A DNA stretch of 64,000 bases from Amphiscolops sp. MND2022 (Eukaryota), in NCBI GenBank assembly GCA_964187785.1, contig OZ076419.1, positions 10,788,001 through 10,852,000 on the forward strand, in the 5' to 3' direction. The position numbers and the translations under genes are program-made. The notes below the pieces were generated by a model. It saw nothing but the letters and a program-made list of their open reading frames with translations, ran no database searches and was not told where the DNA came from. Below are positions 38,144-47,886 of the stretch, in pieces; position 1 is the stretch's first letter; every line of letters starts with the position of its first letter.

Positions 38144-38633
38144 GGGGCACGGTAAGAAGTTCGAACGCATAAGTTCGAATTTTAATTTCGAATGGACTAA
38201 GTTCCAATTTTCTAAAAACCGGAACAAATTCGAATCTCTGTGTTCGAATTTTGAACTAAGTATGAAACGTGCCTCTGATATTTCCCAATTTCATCTAGTG
38301 CCCCGCGGCCCCTTGGGGCCGCTTATGTTCCCATCTTGCTAAGCGAGGTCGAACAGGAGCGGGAACGGAGATCGCGAAGCAATCGTAGTGAGAGCTGGTC
38401 TTTGCGACGGTGAGGGCGAGCGTGCATACACAGGACGTGCCCCACATTTCAGTTTTTAGATTCCTTTGGATCCTAGGCGATGGAGCTCTCAGGATATTGT
38501 GTACAGGATGTCCAGTTTACACCGGATATACCCGATATGAAAATTCGAACTTGGTGTCTCGAAACTATTCCATTCGAGCTTATTGCATTAGTTCAAATTT
38601 GAAATTAGTAAATCGAACTTATTGCCTGAAGCC
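38144..38633. mobile_element. MITE with 9-bp TSD (MULE- or Merlin-like), 490 bp
   Basis: GTGAGATTC duplicated at 38135-38143 and 38634-38642; imperfect GG...CC TIRs sharing AAGTTCGA; AAGTTCGAA subterminal repeats. Confidence 0.8.
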
Positions 38634-41600
38634 GTGAGATTCATCTTCTGCGTTGATTGGTTTCATGCTAGTTTCAGCTTCTTGGGTGGGTTTAAGCACC
38701 ATATTCGGGACATTGAGGACGAAATTTGTGAGTGAGAAGCCAACCAAGTTCAACAATTTGACAAGATCTTGCTATTTTTTCATTACCTCCTCAACTGTCG
38801 GACAAGATTTCAAATAGTCATCCATGTAGAAATTGTTCAACACACTGAACGTTGCTTCTGGAAACTCACTCTCGTTATCGGTAGCTGTTCTACGGAGCGC
38901 ATAGTTTGCGCAAGTTGGTGAATCTTTAGACCCGAAAATGCGGAGGACATATTGATACACAGCAACGTCGGTCTGTCTTTGGTGATCACGCAAACTGGTA
39001 AAAACATGCTCTCAATTTCAGCGAAAACGGCCTGACAGTATTGGCGGAATTTCACGAGGACATGGATTGAAGTCTGTACTAAATCAAGTGCGGTCAAAAG
39101 AGCGTTGTTGAGTGGGCAACTGTGGAATTTTGCGGCACCATTAAGTAGTCGACGTACTTTTCCCGGTTTATGAGGATGTAAAACTGGGTGATGCGGTAAA
39201 TACCACTCGCGTTCGTCGTCAATCTTGAAACTTTCTTATTTTGGAACTTTGACGTCGTAACCTTTGTCAAAATCGTCTTTGATAGTCTGATCGTAGCTAC
39301 CTTTGAGTTCAGGTGTTCTCTCAAATTGGCGCTCAAGTAACTTTAAGTGGATCAAAGCGGAGAAACGGTTATTGGGAAGGCTACTTTCGTCATTCGCCCA
39401 TAACATACCGACCGGATATACTCGTAGGCGCTTCCACTTCTAGCTACAGCTTTAAAGCACGTTGAAAAAAGTCCAGGTGTCGAAGGCAGTGGTCCACTTA
39501 AAACCCAAATCAACTGTGTTCGGACAGCGATTGGAGCATTTTTTCGGTCGGCTTCAAAATATTCCAGAGGGCCGATTAAGTGGATTACGTCTTGACTCAA
39601 GATCATTTCGACGTCCCAAGAGCTATGTTATTTCAGGACAATGGGCTCACAGTGAGGACAATGCGTCTTCGACTTGTCGACATCGATTACATCGTTCCCA
39701 ACATGAAGAGTTTTTCTCACGTACGGCTTGACCTCAAAAGTGGAGCAAGAGCCACCCGAATGAACAGGCGTCAACTTGAGCTCAACAATTCAGGTGTCAA
39801 TCACATTTCGGGTGTGAGTTGATTCCATGGACAGTCAGTTTAGTTGGTGATCCTTTCAGTTTCAATTTGGATGCGATGTTTTGTGAACCACAGGAGTGAC
39901 TACAAGCAGAATCACATAAAGCCAAAACCTTGTGGTAAAGAGTAGCTGTAAGCACTTGAACTTCAACGATCTGTATTAGCCCTTTCACGTCAGTCACAGA
40001 GCAAATTCCAGTCCTTTCTTTACTTTTGGTTTCGGTGATGTTTAGGCTCTGCGATCCAGTTACTTTGTTCCTTGTCGGTTTCGGTGTCGTTTCCGCAGCA
40101 AAAGTCCGTTCTGCTCCGTGTATGAGAGTGTTGCGGGAACTAAAGCATTCATTCTTGCTGCATTTCCGTGGTGCAGTACCTTGTCGGAAGGAGTGATTCC
40201 CTTTCAAGCAAGAGAAACAAAGTTTGCTATCGGCAACAACCTTCGCTCGTTCGGTAAGGAAAACGTGACAGCGCCATAATGGATGGGTCTTTCGGCGTAC
40301 GACACAGTTGGTTTGTGTTCGGTTTGTAATGGTCTTTTGAGCCGTTGACGGTGCACTCGATGTAGCTGATGCAAAATTCTTGGTACCAGTTTTCACCTTT
40401 GTTACTGTGGTAGGGCTCTCCTCGGATGGTTTTTCCAGAAAACACTTTCAGCCGCTCGTGGGCCTCCCCCTTGTCTTTCAACCAGACGTTGAAATCTAAG
40501 AGAGTTGCGCGACTCCAGTTGTTTTTTCACCGTATTTATGGACCAAGCTTTCTTCATGTTGGGAGGAAGTTTCTGCACTGCTTGGTCCAGACGAGCAGCT
40601 CTCTCGGCAAGTCATACTCATACTTCAACGATCGGAAAACTCCGACTTAGGCTGAAATTGTTGCTGAGTATGCAAAAAACGTTGTCACTGTTGTGCATCT
40701 TCAAGGGCGGAAAACCGGAGAGTTTATCCAATTGAGCTGAAACGACAGCATGAGGCTGTCCAAACTTTCGTTCCAGTGGTTTCAAGGCGTCTTGATACAT
40801 TGTTCCGCAGTAGGCAAACTCAGCTATTGCTGTTTTTGTTTTTCCCGTAACGAGTGTTTTTAAGTAAGTCAACTTAACATAGTCCGAGAGTGGCGCGGCG
40901 TCAATGGCACTTTTGAACTGGCTGATTCACTCGTGTCACTGCAGTGGATCTCTGTTGTACTGGGTCAGTTTCAACTCTGGAAGTTTGAATTTGTGCCAAG
41001 TCGTTGACACTGACGGCCGGAATCATTTGTGGGGGAATTGATGTTGTTGGGTGCGGAAATGGTTGATAGCTCAAGCTAGCCGTGGTCAAAGTTGGTTGTT
41101 GGAAAAGTAGCGCGGTTGTTGGAAGTGTACCCAGTTGTGGGTGACAATCAAAAGTTGTGCCTCCACTTTGAATAGGAACAATGGGAGCGAAACTCACAGT
41201 GGTACTTACAATGGATTCCGTTGTAGCTTTTGTTCCCGTCATTTGTCCACAACTCGGTGGCGAGATGATCAAGTTATATCCAGGGATACTACTTGGAGCC
41301 GGAAACGTCCAAGCGACGTGTTGGATATAAAGTGGCTGGCTGGTATGTGAACCCGCGGCATGCCAGCCGGTATCGTTGCTGCCGGAACGTTCCGTGTATG
41401 AGTCGGAGCTTGTGGTCCTAAGGCATTGGGAGTTTTCGTTATAGGTGGTGGAGGTGGTAAATTATCAAGAAGTAACGGCATGTTTCCCTCACTTAAAGGC
41501 GGTGTACTGTTTGGTCTCATGATTGTTTCACTGGGATCGGTAGTTACTGCTGTAGAATGCTTTTGAGCAGTTGTCAGACTATTCACAACTGAAGCAGGCC

Positions 41601-41964
41601 TCATCGTTGTCACTGGGTTGTTGGTTGAGATTGGCGCCAGGTAAGTTGGCAAAAGGTTTGCGTACGTATCATTCGTGATGGCGTTCCGTTCGGTAGCAAT
41701 GGTCTGTGGCTGGTTGACTGGGTTGTTACCTTCGTTCACCCAATGAGAGATCCTTTGGGAAGTTGTTTGTTGACTGCCTACACTAAGTTGAGATAGTGTT
41801 TGGAGAAGATCACTCGCAGCTTCGGACACGTCTTCAGTCAGTTCCAATTCATTAAGTTTGGCCTCAGCAAGCTTTTGCCTCTTTTCTTCCAGTTCTAGTA
41901 ACTTGATAGCTTGTTCTTGCTCTAAACGTTCTCTTTCTTGCTCAAGATTCTGCAGTTCAAGGTA

Positions 41965-43016
41965 GAAATTAGTTTCTGAGACACACAGCTCAGTCGGATG
42001 CAAGAAACATATTTTTTTCCAACAGAGATGGCATCAGTATGGCTATTCCAACTTTTCTACATAAGACGTTTGACCAAAGGTTCGCCAAAAAAGTTTTAAA
42101 GTCTCTTGGGAATCGTCTCTTGAACAAGTCGACTCTTCGAAAAAGGTTGATTCAGGAATTGATTAAAATTTTGAACTTCCAAAGCGTTGAAAAATTTCTT
42201 GCATAACAGTCGGTACTTTTTTTACGAAAAAGTGACCGACTATGTGCACTTTTACCATAAGTACTTAGTACTTATTTTGAATGCATCCTCTAACAAACCA
42301 AGAAATACAAACCATTCCAAAGCAGAAGGGCCCCTCTTCCAATTGTTTAATCCCAAAAGGTTTGGTTTTACTTCAGCATTGAGTCTTTTTTACAATTTTT
42401 CCAACTTTTTGACGTCACCAGAGAAAAGCCTCTTCGGTTATTTCTATTTTCTTCAACCAACTGGAATAAAAAACCCAAACAGTCCTTTTGCGTTTTTTGG
42501 CGATATGAGACTCTCTTAAATTTCTCATTTTCGTCTGAAGTTATATCCTCTCAATATATGTCTGGAAGAATCTAGGCCTCTCGGTTTACTAGATGTCGTT
42601 TTGAGAAGGCAAACAGGTCAATAATGTATTATCTCCGTGATACTCTGTCGAACCAGCCATAAATGTTCAAAATTAGGAGGCAAATGAATAACAAATATTA
42701 ACAAAACTCATGCTTGGACAGGCAAAAGAACGATGTTTAATTATCAATATGAGTCAACAATGATAAACATTCACAAACAATAGTATTTGACATTTAGGAT
42801 AACAAAGGACAGCGAGACTTTTATATGCAGACTTTTCAAGGATACTTTACCAGTTATTTGGTAGTTTACTACTATTTTTCGATATAAAAAAGTTTTCATT
42901 CGGGGAGTTGAACTCGGTCGGATATCTTTTAGGCGATTTTTCAATAGCGCGTTATCCACTATGACAAGCTGATTTATTATTTGCTAATTAAATTTGGCTA
43001 CATTGCGAACGCAACG
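41965..43016 (-). repeat. 5' LTR of the minus-strand BEL element (joins directly to mid-gag, implying an internal deletion)
   Basis: Colinear with the 3' LTR copy at ~31995-33931 once the HINE insertion is removed; visibly diverged. Confidence 0.75.
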
Positions 43017-43687
43017 ATGTCTACCTATATAATTTCAATACTATCTGAATTTGTGGCTATATCAGAGGCAAAATGAGTTTTACTGAGCAGTTTCGAGAAA
43101 CAGCGCTCCTATGTGGTCCAACAAGCTACATCAGACTTTCTGAATCCTTTTCCGGTCACGAAAAGCACCCTTTGTTCGTGAGTTCTTCAAAAAAGTTCGT
43201 GAGTTTTTTTACAAAACCCTTGCACTTTTTGAGTCGAGGTATAGTGCCGACTTGAGACGTTCCCATTTTGTTAGTGTATTCTGCACTTGAAAACAATGTG
43301 AAGTAAAAACCGGTTTTCCTGTTTTCAGTGGATTGAAAAGCTCAATCAAGGTCAAACATTTTGATTCGTCGAAATTATGTTTAATATGCTTTTGAATGTT
43401 TTTTGGAGAGTTTTATCAATGGTTCTTCAATGACCGGACAATCAAAATTACAGCATGTTTGAAATCTGCAAGTTTTTTTCTAGATAATGCTTCAAAAAAC
43501 CCAAAAAGTTTTTTTTTCGAATTTTGTAGACAGACTTTTTTCTATAGGTTTTGAACGTTTTGGTGGTACGAGTATTCACGGTGTTCGGAGACGAAGTAGC
43601 ACAAGTTTATATTCAGAATTCTGGAGATCATAATTTTAAAATGTTACAAATAATTTTAAAATTCACAAAATGCCCAGAAAAAAGCAA

Positions 43688-44652
43688 AAAGCCGGAAACG
43701 GCCCAAGTCGGCGCCTTATACAAGGCTCAAAAATAATTGAAGGGGGACCCATTGGAGACGTTAAAAACATTTGCGAAAAAAGTCTCACAAAGCCGAAATA
43801 ACATGCGAAAAAAATTGGTCAAGGGCGAGACTCGAACCCACGTCCTTCTGCTTGGCAGACCTAAAAAAATCCTAATTAACCTCTATACCAGTAGAAGTAG
43901 TGTGGCAGTTAGTATTAGTGCAAGTCACCTTATAAAATCTGTCACTTCGTTGGTCTTAAAAAAACAAGCCGGGAACGGCTTCTTCTACCGAATTCTCTTT
44001 AACAGTACCCATTTGAGGAAAAATTGAAAAAAAATTCCGATTTTTGTTTGAAATTTTTTAAATTTTTTTGGTCTCCCGTAAGTCGCATAGTGCCGAAACA
44101 TGTAAAATGGGGCCCTTTGGAAGTTTTTTAACATCCATTCTTTTGCAAAATAGACAAAAAATGAAGGGTGGACCCTTTGGAGATATTTGCGAAAAAAGTC
44201 TCACAAAGCCAAAAAAAATTTGCACAAAAAAGTTTTGGTCATGGCGGGACTCGAACCCATGTCATTCTGCTTGTCAGACCTCGAAAAAGCCGTAGTAACC
44301 AAGTGGCAGTGAAGTAGTGTGACACAGTTTAGTGTTGGTGCCAGTTTAGTGCCAACTTATAAAATTTATAAAATCTGTCAGTTCGTTGGTCTAAAAAAAA
44401 AGAAGTCACTACTATAGTCTGCGTTTTTCTTCGAAAAGCGCCGACTAAAAAAAAGTCACTACTATAGTCTGCGTTTTTCTTCGAAAAGCGGCGACTAAAA
44501 AGAAGTCACTACTATAGTCTGCGTTTTTCTTCGAAAAGCGGAGACTAAAAAGAAGTCACTACTATAGTCTGCGTTTTTCTTCGAAAAGCGGCGACTAAAA
44601 AGAAGTCACTACTATAGTCTGCGTTTTTCTTCGAAAAGCACCGACTAAAAAA
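43688..44652 (-). mobile_element. Composite HINE family A with tandemly amplified terminus
   Basis: Hairpin plus subTIR at ~43690-43713; a second AAGCCG-GGAA-CGGCTT hairpin at ~43967-43982; tRNA-like segments at ~43820-43860 and ~44235-44285. An oppositely oriented family A end lies at ~43240-43275. Confidence 0.7.
44401..44652 (+). repeat. Five tandem copies of a 50-bp unit (HINE terminal hairpin)
   Basis: AAGTCACTACTATAGTCTGCGTTTTTCTTCGAAAAGCG(C/G)CGACTAAAA, period 50 bp. Confidence 0.95.
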
Positions 44653-46034
44653 CGACTTGTAAGAGAAGAGTGTAGCACTCTAAGGAAAAGCGCCGAATAA
44701 AATAGTCATTTTATCTGTTTCGGGCAATTCTGTCATTTATATTGATTTTTTTGATATTTTCGTGGGAATTAAAAATCCAGAGTTCAACTGGATTCGTTGA
44801 TTTAACATACTTTTAAAAAGAGAACTTCAGGTTTGTCACTTAGAAGTGTCAATTTTTCTTTTATTACCTCTGGAAGTTTCATGCACAATTTTTTTTTCAT
44901 TTTTTCGTGTTTCGGTAGCTCATCGTGATCCAAACAATTGGAAAAGAATACACTGAATTACTTAGCTTACTTTGGCATAGAGAAAACAAGTTTTTCTGGG
45001 GAAAATGAGAATTACCAAAATAAAGGTCATTTTTTCAATTTTGAGGCCGTTGGGTTTGTTGCTGGAATATTTAGCCTGTATCAGGGCGTTAGAAAGGTTC
45101 GAAAATTTCAACTCGCAGATTTTGGGTTTTGAACAAGTCTGTTTTGAGTTGTGGCCATGCCAAAAAAACGCAATTGGCAAAAAAGAAACTGCGAGTTCTT
45201 AGAACTTCATGACTTTAAATTGTACAATTTATGGTAGGTGTTTACAATCAGAAAAATCAGATGTTCCATTTTGTGCAATTCGTGTATAAAACGCAGATTC
45301 AGCGACTGTTTAAGACCAGTAAACTGAAAGAGAATTCTACAAATATTTTAAACTTCATTCCGTTCGTTTCCACGTCACTTTCAAGCAGGGAGGCAAGAGT
45401 AGTTTCGCAATGTGTTGACAAGCAATAAGATTAAAAGCAAATAGACGTCACTCATTTGCGTGCTTTGGAAATATAATTGGAATATTCTACAACATTCGAT
45501 GATCGTAAAAAGTTCGAGAATATTCTAGAAAGTATTTGAATATTCGAATACGAAAAAGGCCTTGCTACGAAATATTGTTTGCAAATATTTACCACTCTGA
45601 TGCTACTCTTTATGTTAATTTGATTATTGACAAATATTATATTGATCTTTTCGATTCTTCATTTATATTATTCGAATGATCTGAAAAACATACGGCCGCA
45701 AAAAACTTCAGTTGAATAATACACTATTGATCATCCTTATTTTTGACTCTCAAAACGATCTATAGAGCAGCTAACTCTATAGTAATTTCATGGTGGCCAT
45801 AGAGAGGCTGGATTTTTTATGCATTTCAATTTTATGGAGCAACTAGTAGTTGGAAACTTCTGACTGACGGCTTAGCTGCACATTATTGACCATTCTACAT
45901 CTTAGCTATTGATTTAGCTGAGTGTGTTTCTCTGAATTCGAGCCAGTGTCTCGGACGTGGCTGTGTGAATGCTCAGATTAGATTCCCTTGTCTTCCCTTC
46001 TACTTCAGCGATACAACGCTACTGTGATTTGTGA

Positions 46035-46436
46035 ATTTCCAGTTACCAGTCAAAAGCGCAGAAGACTCCGAGATGCCCCAAATATCCAGACGGAGAAGAA
46101 ATAGATGAAATTCACAGAAATGACCATTTGCTTGAGAACCATCGTCCAAACTATATTGCCACTGCGGGCACACTGTACCCCTATATGTTCATGGCTTTCG
46201 CTGGCCCAAATTTAGAAACAGTGACCGACTATATCCCTACCCTTGGTAAACAACTGGGTGACGTTTCTGGGAGGGGAGTCATACCGATCCAATTTCAGTT
46301 CCGCCCTCTTCAAATACCCGGTGAGGAGGTTCCCCTGAAGATCCAAAGATTTACCCCAAGCCCGGAAGGTACCCTAAACCCGAGGACTGCAAAATGGTTA
46401 TGTTCGAAACAAAAAAAAACTTTAAAAACTGAATAA
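46035..46436 (+). CDS. BEL leader accessory ORF-A fragment, unknown function
   Basis: Stop-free frame of ~133 codons (NYIATAGTLYPYMFMAFAG...RGVIPIQFQFRPLQIPGEEVPLKIQRF); no clear ATG start. Confidence 0.4.
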   Translation: MSSYQSKAQKTPRCPKYPDGEEIDEIHRNDHLLENHRPNYIATAGTLYPYMFMAFAGPNLETVTDYIPTLGKQLGDVSGRGVIPIQFQFRPLQIPGEEVPLKIQRFTPSPEGTLNPRTAKWLCSKQKKTLKTE

Positions 46437-46722
46437 AACTAGAACTTGTGCTTCGTTTATAGCAAGGCCTTTAATGTAATCCGAAAAAATCGTAAAATAA
46501 TATTTGCCTTCTTTCACAAAGGTACGAAATTACTTTTGATAGGATTTCCGAAAATTACCCGTATTTCCTTCGAAAAAAAACGTTAAGGTAACTTCAATCG
46601 TTGAACCTTTACCTTCAAATTTTCTTTTTCTGTGGGAAATTCTTTGCCCTTTCCGTGCTAAATATCTGAAATACATTCATGAATCTTTTTGTTATTTTCG
46701 TACTGTTTCTGAGAAAAAACTC

Positions 46723-47342
46723 ATGGTATACATTTTAGCGGCAAGTTCCGTTGATCATGCTCTTGACACCCTAAACCCCGAAAACCGAAAAACCTTAGAA
46801 GAGAAAATTTTCTCAATCCCGGGCCTGAGCCTTAACCCTAACACGAAAAATCCACAAAAAAATTGTGCAAAACTTGCTCTCTAAAGATCTTGCCGAAAAA
46901 ACTGACATCATTATTTGGCATGATGTGCTGAATATTAGCATTTCTAAGCACGAGAGCAATAATTACCGAGCATTGACCGTTCCCCAATTGTTAGATATTT
47001 TGAAATCTTTCGAAAACAAACTCCGGGCTCTAGTGCATTGCCACCGATTCCGTACCCCGAACATTTTACCGAATTTGAAGGAAATTGAAAAAACCACCAA
47101 CATTAAAGTGTTCAGTATCGTTGATGATTTCATTTCCACGAGAAAACAGAAAGATCCCGACTTTCTTAAAAAAACTCAAGGCGTTACACCAGAGCCCCGA
47201 GATTGAAATAAAGCATATTGACTTTATTCTGAGAAAAGAGAGCGAGCTTGACGCCATCACCGACAAAAGCCGCACCAAGCGGCCTGGTAAGCGCGCCCGA
47301 AAGGCAATCAAGAGTGCAGCGGCCGTCGCTGCTTCGTCCTAG
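46723..47342 (+). CDS. BEL leader accessory ORF-B (~205 aa if two +1 A-run frameshifts are corrected), possibly SGNH-like fold
   Basis: MVYILAASS...IPGLSLN...IIIWHDVLNISISKH...LVHC.R...ALHQ followed by a basic tail RTKRPGKRARK. Frames join by removing one A from A7 runs at ~46856-46862 and ~47168-47174. Confidence 0.55.
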
Positions 47343-47886
47343 ACCCCCTCCATCCGTCTTTACTGTACTGTAGTTATGGTGTCCGGACTTCATTGTCCGG
47401 TTGAAGTTTCTACAGTAATTCACCCTTCTTCTTGAGTTGTGTCCGGACTTAATTGTCCGGTTGATACTCAGAAGTCTACTTCCCGTCTTTCTTCCTGCCG
47501 TTTGGACAGTGTCCAGGCTTAATTGTCTGGTTGAAGTTCTTTCGGCCTTCTTCCGCCCCTTGGGCACTTAATATTGGACGACCCATTGTCCTTTCGGGAA
47601 GAGCGTGTTTTTAGATCATCGTCTCGTCCCATGTAACTTCTTCCTGTGTCTTGTAATTACTTTTAAAAAACAAAAAATCGCAAAACTACTCTACCGTTGC
47701 TGTTATCGTGAGATACAGCCCATCATCCAAAACACACCGTTACCGTTAACCCAAATTTTCTCCGTTCAGCTGTGTCTAAGCTTAATTGCTTGGTTGACGC
47801 TGTCGAAGAAGTTACTCCTCGATCTCTTTGATTTAACACTTTCCTTACTACCTTGATTCATTCTCTAACAAAAGATCACGACAAAG

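Larger units (their letters stand above)
31990..43016 (-). mobile_element. Decayed BEL/Pao LTR retrotransposon with nested insertions
   Basis: Minus strand gag, YCGTMYQDAL, protease CDSACSHS, RT YMDDYL, RNase H FDGSSQGAFSAVAF, integrase TGLDYFG...IWSDYGT and RPVVKLAPVL, all frameshifted. PPT GGGCCCGGAGGA precedes an LTR starting at 33931. LTR-like homology between ~31995-33931 and ~41965-43016. Confidence 0.9.

Noticed and set aside
38300-38450. Self-cleaving ribozyme in the MITE core
   Set aside because: No hammerhead CTGANGA/GAAA core or convincing HDV-type pairing was seen.
44401-44652. CRISPR-like array
   Set aside because: No unique spacers, no cas genes, eukaryotic context; the unit is a transposon terminus.
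46035-47342. BEL accessory ORFs as env
   Set aside because: They lie 5' of gag and lack a signal peptide, TM segment or Cys-rich fusion-protein pattern.
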